A stretch of 27,212 bases of DNA from Candidatus Poribacteria bacterium (GCA_046582655.1 JAYGDX010000206.1:1-27212), one strand, 5' to 3'. Shown: positions 10,647 to 20,495, numbered from the stretch's first letter. The notes: generated by a model not told the origin, from the letters alone. Program-made: numbers and translations.

Positions 10647-11220
10647 AACTTGTTAGCGATTACGTTCGCTGGTTTGTTTTAGCGAAGCAACATCCTCTCT
10701 ATTTTTAGGTTATATTTCGTATCATCTAGGTCGCTGAATATACGTCAGGCGGCTATTATAGCAACAAATCGCTATTAGGTCTAGTGGGATGAGACCGGGT
10801 TTCCCTGTCACTGTTGGTCGGAGAACGCTCTTTTCGACCACCGCTCGGGTTTCTGTAGAAAGATGGTAACCGTAAACATACTGCCAAGACTCCAAATCAA
10901 CAGAACACCATCCCTACCAAACGAAACAGGAGTCGGTTTCACGCCGTTCAATTTTTTTCGCATGATCTTTGGTGGGCGAGTGTTGGAAGTCCGCAACCTA
11001 AATCTTGTTGAGTTTCGATAGATCTTCTATTCCCAATTGGTCATCGCAATCGCTGATGGCACACTCAATCCAGAATTTTCGATTGGCGAGCACTCATCAT
11101 CACCCATCTAGAAACATGAGACTGGCGCATTGGATGATTTTGGCGGTCGTATTGTCGATCGCGGTCACGTTCTTCACCACTTTTGCAGCAGTTCTATGTC
11201 GGTTTCTGATGATGTACTTC

Positions 11221-11307
11221 ACCTCCAGCAACTACACCATCAGGAGTCAACTTCCCATTCTTAGTCGGATGCTATTGCTTAGCAACTTCAGGATGTAAGA
11301 CTGCTGA
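11221..11307 (-). pseudogene. Zinc-ribbon (DUF4379-like) repeat remnant
   Basis: Reads AVLHPEVAKQ*HPTKNGKLTPDGVVAGG, matching the HPExAxxWHPTKNGxLTPxxVxxGS repeat, with Trp replaced by TAG (11272-11274). Confidence 0.65.
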
Positions 11308-11690
11308 GGGCCGCTGATTGTAGATGAATGTTGTCACCTTAAATCCAATTTTATAGTAGTATAATTTGATAGCTTAGCATTGACTGAATTTACCGTTATC
11401 TGCCAATTGGTGCTATTATCGGACAGGTAGCTCTGCTACATAGGGTTACTAAGTGATTGAATTAAACAAAAGTCAAAGTAATCATTAGAAACCATGGTAA
11501 TATCAATTCACCGCTGAGTGTGCTTGGAATCTTCGGATTATTGTCAGGAAAAGACCAAAATCTAGTGACCCTATCACCTGATATCTCAATTGCCAGGACG
11601 TATCACGCTCAACCGATTTATCAGTTCGATTTAGCCGCGCAATTCATAACAAATTAAGATCAACTGGTTATTGATTCCAACCTTCAACAT

Positions 11691-13040
11691 ATGAAACGTC
11701 CTAACATTATCTTTCTATTAATTGATAATCAGAGATGCGATCTCATGAGGTGTGCGGGTAATCCCATTCTTTACACACCAAACATGGACAATCTGGCCAA
11801 TCAGGGAGTGCGTTTTACCAACGCGTTTGCCACGGCTCCGATCTGTGCGGCCAGCCGAGCCAGCCTCCTCACTGGACTCTACGAACGAAGGCACCAGTTT
11901 ACATTTAACACGCCGCCGTTACGCAGCGAGTTGACAAATATCAGCTATCCGGCCCTTCTACGATTAGCCGGTTTTTATACCGGATTTATCGGTAAATTCG
12001 GTATAGAATCTAATGGGGAATTACTGGTGGAAGATGAAAAAGAAGCACTAGGAAAGATGTTTGATGTCTTTGACAATTTTGAGCATTGGGGATCTAACGG
12101 ATACTTGGTAGAGCAGACAAATGGCAGCATGAAGCACTTAACTGATGTTACTGCAGAGAAGGCGGTTGACTTCCTACGAGGTTGCAAACGAAATCAACCT
12201 TTCTGTCTGTTTGTCAGTTGCAATGTGCCCCACGCTCAGGACAATGCCCCTCAGCAATATTTCTGGCCGTCAGACGTCGATCATCTTTACCAGGAGGTGA
12301 CCATCCCTAATCCAGTTAATTCGGATCCCGATTTTTTTGCCAACTTACCTGATTTTCTTCAGCAATCTCTTGGGCGTGAACGCTGGTACTGGAGGTTTGA
12401 TACAACCGAAAAGTTTCAACGGATGATGAAAGGATTATACCGCATGGTCAGTGGAGTAGACACAGCCATCGGCAGAATACAAAAAGAGATTAACCAACTT
12501 GGGCTGGAGGATAACACAATCATCATATTCATGTCAGATCATGGTATGTTTTATGGTGAACGTGGATTGAGTGACTGCTGGTTGCTGTACGAAGACTCCA
12601 TTCGTGTTCCGCTGATTATTTTCGATCCGAGATTGGAAGGAACCATGAGCTGTGGTACTACGATTGAACAGATGGTGCTCAATCTAGATATTGCACCCAC
12701 AATTCTGGAACTGGCTGGTCTGGACATACCATGGGGAACGCAAGGTTGCAGTTTAGTTCCCTTACTAGCTGATCGCCTTCCAAAAACATGGCGAACCGAT
12801 TTCTTCCGCGAACATCTGTTTGATCATCCAAAAATTCATAAGAGTGAGGGTGTCCGAACAAAACGTTGGAAGTATATCCGATATTTTGAGCAACAACCAA
12901 TCTATGAGGAATTGTACGACTTAAAAACAGATCCACTAGAAAGAATAAACCTAACTAATAATATAGAGTTTGCTGACCAACTTACTCAGCTACGAAAAAG
13001 ATGCAGTCAACTACGTCAAAAAGCTGAAGGGGTATACTAA
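11691..13040 (+). CDS. Sulfatase (S1, Cys-type, CxAxR variant)
   Basis: RPNIIFLLID, ICAASRASLLTG, GFIGK, SDHG, YEDSIRVPLII and ELYDLKTDPLE motifs. Confidence 0.92.
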   Translation: MKRPNIIFLLIDNQRCDLMRCAGNPILYTPNMDNLANQGVRFTNAFATAPICAASRASLLTGLYERRHQFTFNTPPLRSELTNISYPALLRLAGFYTGFIGKFGIESNGELLVEDEKEALGKMFDVFDNFEHWGSNGYLVEQTNGSMKHLTDVTAEKAVDFLRGCKRNQPFCLFVSCNVPHAQDNAPQQYFWPSDVDHLYQEVTIPNPVNSDPDFFANLPDFLQQSLGRERWYWRFDTTEKFQRMMKGLYRMVSGVDTAIGRIQKEINQLGLEDNTIIIFMSDHGMFYGERGLSDCWLLYEDSIRVPLIIFDPRLEGTMSCGTTIEQMVLNLDIAPTILELAGLDIPWGTQGCSLVPLLADRLPKTWRTDFFREHLFDHPKIHKSEGVRTKRWKYIRYFEQQPIYEELYDLKTDPLERINLTNNIEFADQLTQLRKRCSQLRQKAEGVY

Positions 13041-13344
13041 ATTAAACTACAAAGTCAACAGACCAAGCCGTTAATGGCGAAGCTGAAGGCTGCCTTCGAG
13101 GCTAACTACTGCCCCTGCCAATCCAGCACTCTATCTTTGCTTTTTCCTCGGCTGTCGGCGATTTGCAGCAGTTTTCCCATGTCTATAGTGTAGATTTAGG
13201 AAATGCCCCTTGCCCCTAAACCCTATATGCCACTGCTTCATACAGTCAATTCTCGTGCCATCATCGACGGGTCCTACAGCCCTTGATTTGACCGTTTGCC
13301 ATCGCTGAAAAAGCGGCTCCTCCTAGGTTGGGTTCTTGAAACTT

Positions 13345-13672
13345 TTCATTGACCCGACGCCGGTGGCGGTAGTGCGGCGGCTTCATGGCCATACGTGGCT
13401 CCTCGGTCACGTCCAGAATGTAGTCCGGAAATGATTTTTCATGCGCTCCCCCCCACTGAAGGCTTGGTATCCCGGACTGAACTTATAGAGCAACGCCCGT
13501 CGTTGATGCTTCGCCTTCCATGGCAACGTACCAGGGATTAGTGCCTCGGTGAAAATAACGGCGTCGCCGGCTTTGGCATTGACATCTACCACGTACCGCT
13601 CATATTGCTCACATCGCCTCATGTTCTTCGGGCAATGGAAGTTCGCCTTTGTGGCTACCTGGAATGACTACC
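13345..13672 (-). pseudogene. PhyH-family dioxygenase 3' remnant
   Basis: VVIPGSHK/ANFHCP...KAGDAVIFTEALIPGTLPW...RRALLYKFSPG, with frameshifts near 13647 and at the G-run near 13450. The iron-ligand His of HGT is replaced by Pro. 5' half absent. Confidence 0.75.
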
Positions 13673-13718
13673 GATCCTTCTGTGCCTAACGCCTATTGTT
13701 GCGCCTAATGCTTTTTGG

Positions 13719-15335
13719 TTAATCTGCCACTGAAACTGTATGATGCAGTTTATAGACGACATAATTCTTATTTGAAAATTTAATTTCGGCTCGTTGCTGT
13801 CGTTCGAGTGCCTGCATGTGGTCAATGCTAAATGGATGGAGGTTATTAAAAAAGCATACATAGTCAGCAACAAACAGGTCATTAATATTGTCAATGCGCA
13901 ATGTATTGCGATTCGTCATCAGACGCATAACCCGTGGCTTAAAAAACACTATCATATCTTCTGTGGTCGTCTGTTCCTGAATAAAATCAAACATTTCCAA
14001 TGAGTCATCTGAAAAAGGTCCGTGTTTCACCATATCCTTGGTTTGCAATTGCATCTCAGCCTGGTGAATAGAATGAGATCCAAAATGAAACAGCATAAAT
14101 AAAACCGGCAATACACATACAAACGTAGTTGAGATTTCAATCCATACCCAACTGCCACGTGCGAACAAAGAAAGACCAGATATAAAAAATAGCATATAAA
14201 ATGGCAACACAGGAAATAAAAACCGCAACCCTTGTTTATGTGGCCACAATATAAAAAGCACATATGTTAATAGAACATAAATCAACATATGGTGGCCAAT
14301 GCGTATATGGCGTATCAATCCAATAACAACAAAAGGCAACGTAGCTATGTAAGCGATCCATTGCCCTTTATGGTCTTCGTAATCAGGTATACCACTAAAA
14401 AAGTTGGCTAATAAATCTCTATAATAAATACTATTTTCCTTGATGCTTTCAATGTTAACATGTTCTAAATGTTCAAAGTGTGAAGTACCTCCTTCTGCCA
14501 AGATTAATTTCCAGAATAAAATAAGGCAGCCTAAACTTATATATGGCACAAATGGCAAAAGCCTCTTATGTGGATTCTCTGAATCTTTTTTGCATAAACC
14601 AACAGCAGCTTCTCCCCAGGTCGTTCCCTGCTTGTGCCTATTCCAGATGAACGAACACATGACAACCAATTGAGACCAACACAGTACGCCAAACAACAAT
14701 ATCCCATTAGTCCGTACAAAGAAAGCACAGGCAATAACAGTGCCCAACAATATTCTGTCTTTCATCGGTGACCACAACATATGCTGTTCTACAATAATTC
14801 GACCCATGAGACATATAGCTAAGGTCGAAATGCATAAAAATAGGATGTCGGATAATATATGATTTGTAAACCCAATTAGTGTCGGATTTACTGCAAACAG
14901 CAGTACGCAAGCTGATCGCCAAAGAGGTGTGTGGAAGCGCTCAAACCCGTACCAAATAACCACCAATAGACCCAGATAAGACAAAACCCCTACCATTTTT
15001 AAAGCAAACAAATGCAACCCACAGGTAGCATAAATGGGGACTAACATCACTGGGAATCCCCACGGATAAGCGACCGGGCCTACCCGCGTTGATGATTGCT
15101 CAACTGTAACGCGATTATTTTCAATAAATTCGCCCGTAGAAAATTGGCAAATACTCCGGGCTTGCATAATATAGGCCGAAAAATCACCACCCCAACTATG
15201 TGCATAATTAAGCGTACATAAACAAATTATTAACGTTGATAAAACGATGAAGCCTAACCACACATGAAGCAAAATACGTTTTATACTCGGCCACTGCGGC
15301 TGATTCAATATAGCAATGTCAGATTCAGAACTCAT
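13719..15335 (-). CDS. GT-C glycosyltransferase (ArnT/PMT-like) membrane protein
   Basis: 538 aa, WGGDFSAYI loop after TM1, YPWGFP, ILSDILF, VRTNG and RFLFPVLP motifs. Low GC. Confidence 0.75.
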   Translation of the reverse strand: MSSESDIAILNQPQWPSIKRILLHVWLGFIVLSTLIICLCTLNYAHSWGGDFSAYIMQARSICQFSTGEFIENNRVTVEQSSTRVGPVAYPWGFPVMLVPIYATCGLHLFALKMVGVLSYLGLLVVIWYGFERFHTPLWRSACVLLFAVNPTLIGFTNHILSDILFLCISTLAICLMGRIIVEQHMLWSPMKDRILLGTVIACAFFVRTNGILLFGVLCWSQLVVMCSFIWNRHKQGTTWGEAAVGLCKKDSENPHKRLLPFVPYISLGCLILFWKLILAEGGTSHFEHLEHVNIESIKENSIYYRDLLANFFSGIPDYEDHKGQWIAYIATLPFVVIGLIRHIRIGHHMLIYVLLTYVLFILWPHKQGLRFLFPVLPFYMLFFISGLSLFARGSWVWIEISTTFVCVLPVLFMLFHFGSHSIHQAEMQLQTKDMVKHGPFSDDSLEMFDFIQEQTTTEDMIVFFKPRVMRLMTNRNTLRIDNINDLFVADYVCFFNNLHPFSIDHMQALERQQRAEIKFSNKNYVVYKLHHTVSVAD

Positions 15336-15399
15336 AAGACAACATTATAAACCATCTTACATACCAACTGCCACCGGACCACATGACAATGATCAGAAG

Positions 15400-15655
15400 G
15401 TACAGGGACCTGCCCCATGTCATCTGCCAGAATTGTTCTGAAAGAACTTATAGCGTAGCTCTTAAGCCAAGCGACTCCAGATTTCTGGTAGCTATAAAGT
15501 TCCTTTACAAATAAACCTGATTTTGGTCCCGTCTCATTCTCTGCATCAGCAATTCTGACAAGATGTTTCAGGTCGGCGAAGCCTGAAGCAGCTTGAATAT
15601 ATTTCCCCCATTCATTGAGTAGACCAGATGTGAAATCTGACCCGTTTGTACCCAT
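15400..15655 (-). pseudogene. SNF2-family helicase fragment truncated in Walker A
   Basis: ELYSYQKSGVAWL...ILADDMG matches the SNF2 Q-motif and motif I, but LGKT and everything after it are missing. Confidence 0.7.
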
Positions 15656-15883
15656 AAATCTTCGTTTTCAGAATTAATGATTGTACTTTCAAAACGGCTA
15701 GCAAACTCAATTGAGCCTTTTCGATTGGAATCCACAAATTGTTCTCAAGTATTATAAAAATTTTATTTTATCATTTTTATGCCGATTGAAATATTCTCTT
15801 CAGTATCTCGATAACCTTCAATTTAAAATATTTTTTATTTTGTTAGTCTTTCAAGACTATGTCAACACTTCCTTCAGATTTGG

Positions 15884-16027
15884 TTATTGGGTCTTCAACT
15901 GACTCTAGGTGAAGGCCAATTTGCCCACTGGCTGAACTGCCAAGAACTTCTTTTCTCCTGTTTCCATACTGAACTTGATTTCGTCATCGGGCAAGACTTG
16001 ATTCCATATCCGGACTTCATCGACAAT
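15884..16027 (-). pseudogene. LamG-like protein C-terminal remnant with KLAFT(W>amber) tail
   Basis: Reads IVDEVRIWNQVLPDDEIKFSMETGEKKFLAVQPVGKLAFT*SQLKTQ*. Not in the ORF track. Confidence 0.8.
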
Positions 16028-16239
16028 TTCTAACGAACCACCACCGGTGACAAGGTAGAGATGACCCGTAATTTCGGAAAACGTCCTGTATCACCATGTT
16101 CCTTCAAAACATCTTTCGGGTCCAACGTCTGAATGGAATTCGTTACGGTATCACCGTTCGGCATCGATCTTCTTCTCTTCTTTTCGTCAACTTCGTGTTG
16201 CGAATTCGCCGTGACAACCACGAACACAATGTCGGCCAG

Positions 16240-16326
16240 TCCGGTGAGAAAATAGTGGCAAACTTTTCCGAAGAGGAAAAGCACGAGCTGTTTTATGGCA
16301 CAGCGGCAAGGGTTTATCGAATTTGA
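16240..16326 (+). pseudogene. Amidohydrolase (Amidohydro_2-like) C-terminal remnant
   Basis: KIVANFSEEEKHELFYGTAARVYRI* is the typical terminal motif of this family. Nothing upstream fits it. Confidence 0.6.
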
Positions 16327-16345
16327 ATATAAAGGATGAAATAAC

Positions 16346-16392
16346 AAGAAAGCACCCTCATCAGATTTATTACCTGATGAGGGTGCTTTCTT
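16346..16392. terminator. Bidirectional intrinsic terminator, perfect 19-bp stem
   Basis: AAGAAAGCACCCTCATCAG / 9-nt loop / CTGATGAGGGTGCTTTCTT between convergent stops. Confidence 0.85.
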
Positions 16393-16411
16393 TAAGAATG
16401 AAATATGTTAC

Positions 16412-17236
16412 TTATATATTTGGACATTCAAAATCCAGGCCATCCATAATCACTTCGATCTGATCCTTTGGCTTGAAATAATCCGTTGCTGTGTAACACT
16501 CACCCAAATCGCCCATCAATCGACGTTGTCGAGTCGTCATCCGAGCCAGCACATCTTCAGGACACTTTTCATAATCATAAGGTCGACACCACATCTGCCC
16601 GTATCGAAAAGTGATGCTGCGACGCACTATATCGGAATGATTGGGCGCAACCGCGTGCCACAGGGTATTTGGGAAAATCGCACAGTCCCCCACCTCAGCA
16701 ATCAATTGGAAACCACCAGGCGGCGTTTCATTACGAGACAAACTTCCCTCAGGAACGGGTCGATGATGACTGCGGGGTACCAAACAAAAGTTCGCATGAT
16801 TCTCTTCAGGAATATCGGTCAGGAAAAATTGAATCTTAAAGTTGAGCGGTAAACTATCTGGGGCCACCCGAATCTGCGCTAGTGATCGACCAGCATCGGT
16901 ATGCCACCCTGATAAATTTCTCTTGCCCTCACTTGGATAACGCACGTAGATCTGCGAACCCATAATCTGAAGATAAGGCCCCATCAAGTCGAGAATAATG
17001 CCAAACAAATTGGGATGATCCATCAGACCATCAATGCCATCCGTTCTAAAAAGCGTCTGAATAATCGTATAGACACCGCCCTTGCGCACTTTTGGATTTT
17101 CAGCTTCATACCCCTCGATCACTTCGTTGGCCGCATCGAGATACCCGGCAGCTTCATCTTTGGAGATCACATTTTTCAAATGCAAATACCCTTGATCCTG
17201 CCATTTCTGCCGCATTGATTTGCTCAACCGGTTCAT
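16412..17236 (-). CDS. Phytanoyl-CoA dioxygenase (PhyH) family Fe(II)/2OG oxygenase
   Basis: QGYL, WHTD (HxD), VPRSH and GDCAIF...LWH...N...RRS motifs. GGGAG RBS precedes ATG 17236. Confidence 0.9.
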   Translation of the reverse strand: MNRLSKSMRQKWQDQGYLHLKNVISKDEAAGYLDAANEVIEGYEAENPKVRKGGVYTIIQTLFRTDGIDGLMDHPNLFGIILDLMGPYLQIMGSQIYVRYPSEGKRNLSGWHTDAGRSLAQIRVAPDSLPLNFKIQFFLTDIPEENHANFCLVPRSHHRPVPEGSLSRNETPPGGFQLIAEVGDCAIFPNTLWHAVAPNHSDIVRRSITFRYGQMWCRPYDYEKCPEDVLARMTTRQRRLMGDLGECYTATDYFKPKDQIEVIMDGLDFECPNI

Positions 17237-17282
17237 ATGCAAGCTCCCTTTAAAACAATGAAATTAATTTCCCATTGCCCGC

Positions 17283-17319
17283 TATGATACATCATCACTA
17301 TGTTTATGATATGTCATCA
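17283..17319. promoter_or_regulatory. Tandem pseudo-palindromic operator-like sites
   Basis: TATGATACATCATCA (17283) and TATGATATGTCATCA (17305), 13/15 identical, 22 bp apart, each with ATGA..TCAT dyad symmetry. Confidence 0.45.
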
Positions 17320-18174
17320 TCTCTTCCCAAAATTCGATTCTTTCAAAATCGTCTGTGATTCATAAATCGATCCCGTCCGCAACGCAGGGGGATATGGCAT
17401 ACGTACTGGCACAGGTTCCACTCTCGGAATATTTGTCTGCTCGCCACGCACGATCGTTTCATTAAATGAATCCCAATCCTTAGGACCACTCAGCGGAAAC
17501 GCATCGATTGCACAATATTGAAATAACAACAATCTTCGTGGATGATCCGACGTATTGGCCACCGAACCGTGCAGCATCCGAACGTGGTGAATCGTAATTC
17601 CACCTGCCTTGACTATTACAGATACAGCAGCCTTGTCACTAAATGCCGAATCTGTTACTGCACCGCAAAAGTGACCATCCAAATTGTGATCGTAAATCGG
17701 CCCCTTGTGTGAACCTGGAATCACCAGCAACGGCCCATTTTCTTCGGTCATATCGTCAATGACCACGCCTACAGCCAGCAAATCATCGTTAGTATGCGGA
17801 TAAAATGCCCAATCTTGGTGCCATTCAACCGGGCTGCCATATCCGGGCTGCTTCATATTCAGTTTATTTCCATTGGTGCGCAAGCCATAACCAATCAGCT
17901 GAGACACGTGCGCTAAAATATTCTTGTGGTGCAGTAACTTTCGATATAATTCGTGCAGCAAAATTGGACTCTTCAACCGGCGCAATCTTGGGTTGTCTGG
18001 TGTGTGGCCCAGTTCTAGATCAAATTCTGCCGTGTGTTCGGTTACCTCCCTCGACTTCTCCACGAATTCATCCGTTACACATCGAAGTTCTGCCACCTCA
18101 TCTTCACTCAGCACATTTTCCACACCCAAATATCCGTACTCGTGATAAAAATCAATTTGTTCCTGCGTGAGCAT
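17317..18174 (-). CDS. Phytanoyl-CoA dioxygenase (PhyH) family Fe(II)/2OG oxygenase
   Basis: MLTQEQIDFYHEYGYL, WHQD, NGPLLVIPGSHK and HGSVANTS..PRR motifs. AAGGAG RBS. Confidence 0.92.
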   Translation of the reverse strand: MLTQEQIDFYHEYGYLGVENVLSEDEVAELRCVTDEFVEKSREVTEHTAEFDLELGHTPDNPRLRRLKSPILLHELYRKLLHHKNILAHVSQLIGYGLRTNGNKLNMKQPGYGSPVEWHQDWAFYPHTNDDLLAVGVVIDDMTEENGPLLVIPGSHKGPIYDHNLDGHFCGAVTDSAFSDKAAVSVIVKAGGITIHHVRMLHGSVANTSDHPRRLLLFQYCAIDAFPLSGPKDWDSFNETIVRGEQTNIPRVEPVPVRMPYPPALRTGSIYESQTILKESNFGKR

Positions 18175-18204
18175 GGCCTACTCCTTTCAAAAATCTTTGA
18201 AACA

Positions 18205-18402
18205 TTAATATCCTCTCCGCCCTAAAGGAGGGAGATTCCCAATTTTACAATTGGGTTTTTCTGTTTCATTGGAAGTTGCCCACGGAACATGTTTGGTTCT
18301 CGCATTAAAGTCTTTGTCGGAACTTTTACGGTGGCGAACCAACCAATGCTCCACAGGTCTCACACTTCCTCCACAGACCTGACTTTTCGCTAGTCCAGCG
18401 AG
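18205..18402 (-). mobile_element. tnpB: IS200/IS605-superfamily tnpB 3' tail and right end (omegaRNA/reRNA-like), orphan
   Basis: Frame LAGLAKSQVCGGSVRP resembles the TnpB tail (G..ACG..VRP). It is followed by ATGAAACAGAAA, hairpin CCCAATT-gtaa-AATTGGG and terminal hairpin GAATCTCCCTCCTTTAGGGCGGAGAGGA-TATTAA. GGAAGT/ACTTCC can pair internally. Confidence 0.7.
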
Positions 18403-18530
18403 AGGTCTTGAAAAACAAACAGAGTTTAACAGACTTAAGTATTGAGTTGCAAATTTGGAGGCGGCCTTTCCTCTCTGAACTAATGCATATGTTACATGAA
18501 CACGAACCTATGGATCTTGCAATGCTTCGA

Positions 18531-19232
18531 TTAGTTTTCTGACACACAACGAAATCCGTTGATGAAGCTCCTATCATTCGGACTGTTAAAGCAGTGGCAG
18601 CAGATTGCTTGCATTGAGGTGCCAAGAGCCACCGCGCAACACTTTGGTGTCTTTACCACTGTCATACCAATCCTGACACCAGTCCGAAGCGTTGCCCGCC
18701 ATATCAAACAAACCGCAACTATTTGGTTTAAGACTACCTACTGGTGCTGTTTGCACACCCACTGATCCTTGCCACCAATCGCCAGCGTAATTAGCATAGT
18801 CTCTGGCAACATTTCCATCATCACCCCAAGGGAATCTTTTATCAACTAAGCCGCCCCGTGCTGCATATTCCCACTCAACTTCAGTTGGTAACCTCTTGTC
18901 TGCCACCAAGCATAGGCTTTGGCATCGTACCAACTGAGTTCGATCATCGGGTGACTATCCGTAGGTGAATACTCAGCCACATCGTCCCAGAGATCATATT
19001 CATAATCTGCTCTCTTAACAAACTCCTTGAACTGTCCAACCGTCACTTCATATTTATCCATATAGAAAGCATTCACGTTGACCATTTCATCATCTACAGT
19101 AATTGCCCCTTCAGGAATAAGCACCATCTTCTGATGGAGGTCAACTTCAACCTCTTTCGGCTTGACCTTCTTAGGTTCATCTTCACCATATCCAATAAAT
19201 ACCATCAACACAATAACTAACCTCTTAACCAT
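18531..19232 (-). pseudogene. FGE-sulfatase/SUMF1-domain (C-type lectin fold) lipoprotein, frameshifted
   Basis: AFYMDKYEVTVGQF, RLPTEVEWEYAARGG, GLFDMAGNASDW, VLRGGSW and GFRCVSEN* are spread over several frames (shifts near 18905, 18780/18755, 18600). The lipobox Cys is mutated (FIGY versus FIGC in the paralog). Confidence 0.88.
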
Positions 19233-19340
19233 AGTATTCCTTTCATCATAAGAGTCTTACTCTACTACATTATATATTTCACAAGCTACAGATAGTTAAG
19301 CGAGGTTTCTGGTTTGACGTTATTTTACAAAGTAACACTA

Positions 19341-19445
19341 GGAAGGTACCTCTAGAAACGTCTGTTTCAGTCCAGCCCTATGTTATGACACCCGATAGTT
19401 TATGCTGCTCCTGGAAAAGACTGACAGACCTCAAAATCAACTGTA
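19341..19445. repeat. ~104-bp intergenic repeat, copy 1 (most diverged)
   Basis: Shares GGAAGGTACCTCT, CTGTTTCA, TGTTATGACAC and CCTGGAAAAGAC blocks with copies 2 and 3. Confidence 0.8.
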
Positions 19446-19545
19446 AGCCTAGACAACACCTATAACTAAATCACCCACACATCTGAGATAGTTCAAACCA
19501 ACGACATTTTCAAACACAAATTATGTAGATTTATTTTACATAAAT

Positions 19546-20337
19546 CTAGGGGCTCTCCTTGATATTTCCCCAAGTTGTCGCCAGCTTGTTAGAAGTGTTT
19601 ACAGCTAGTACCACTTGCATCCCATTATCCATTAGTTCATTGATTTCAGCTTCCGATAATGCTCTGTCAAAAATAGCAGGTTCATCAACAGCGCCTATTA
19701 GCCAATACCGAACTCCTCCTCCGCCAGCACCAACGGACACATCCTCGTCATTTGCCCCTGGTTTTTGGGAGTCTCCCTCTACAACTTTTTTGCCATCAAT
19801 GTAGCCTCGCAACTTTCCTTTTTTATCGCGAGTCATTACTACATAGTGCCAGTTCCCATCAGTCACTTGTTCAGCGCTGTTTATTTTTGTATTGCCTCCT
19901 TGAAGAGAAAAGTGGATACCTCCATTGTTTGGAACTACAAATGTGCCGTAGGTTCTTGGCTGAGCCCCTTCGTTTTCGCCTGTTTTCGTGATGATGGTTT
20001 GCCAGGCCCCGTGGTTTTTACACTTCACCCATCCTGCGATTGTGAAGACCTCCAAGGTAAAGTCATCCGAGTGTAGAATAACCACTGCGCCATCTCCATC
20101 AAATTTCAACGCCTTCCCGAATTTCCCTTCAACCCATTTAGCCTTTCTTATTTCTCCATCATGACCATTTCCAGATGCATCCTCCGCTACGTTTCCTTTG
20201 CCTTCGTCAAAGAGCCACGCGCCTACAAGTCCTTCCAGTCTGGCATGACTTTTTCCTGAAGAAACAAAAAAGGATACACAGGTGAAAATTAAGCATCCGA
20301 AACTAAATATTAAATGGTTTTTGTGTTTGAGATTCAT
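19546..20337 (-). CDS. Secreted LamG/concanavalin-A-like domain protein with KLATTWGNIK tail
   Basis: Signal peptide, LVGAWLFDEGKG, WVEGKFGKALKFDG, WHYV, YIDG and GAVDEPAIFDRALSEAEI motifs. AGGAG RBS. Confidence 0.9.
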   Translation of the reverse strand: MNLKHKNHLIFSFGCLIFTCVSFFVSSGKSHARLEGLVGAWLFDEGKGNVAEDASGNGHDGEIRKAKWVEGKFGKALKFDGDGAVVILHSDDFTLEVFTIAGWVKCKNHGAWQTIITKTGENEGAQPRTYGTFVVPNNGGIHFSLQGGNTKINSAEQVTDGNWHYVVMTRDKKGKLRGYIDGKKVVEGDSQKPGANDEDVSVGAGGGGVRYWLIGAVDEPAIFDRALSEAEINELMDNGMQVVLAVNTSNKLATTWGNIKESP

Positions 20338-20391
20338 GATTTATCTCCTTTTTGTTATTAAGATACTATATCACAAGCTGAAGTAATGCGA

Positions 20392-20495
20392 GGAAGGTAT
20401 CTGTGAAAACTGTTGTTGCAACCCGGACGCTGTTATGACACTTGATCTCTTTGTGTTGCCCTGGAAAAGACAGTAGACAAGAATTGCAACAGCAG
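20392..20495. repeat. ~104-bp intergenic repeat, copy 2
   Basis: 83/104 identical, ungapped, to copy 3. Abuts the FGE stop codon at 20496. Contains an 11/12 inverted repeat (20410-20421 / 20484-20495). Confidence 0.9.

Noticed and set aside
10808..11200. Short ORFs, one with a WD40-like VSFGRDGVLLIW segment
   Set aside because: A single weak motif with no supporting repeat or RBS.
13683..13724. attC-like GATTAAC...GTTAGGC after the GT-C gene
   Set aside because: Only ~41 bp, with poorly complementary arms; too short for an attC.
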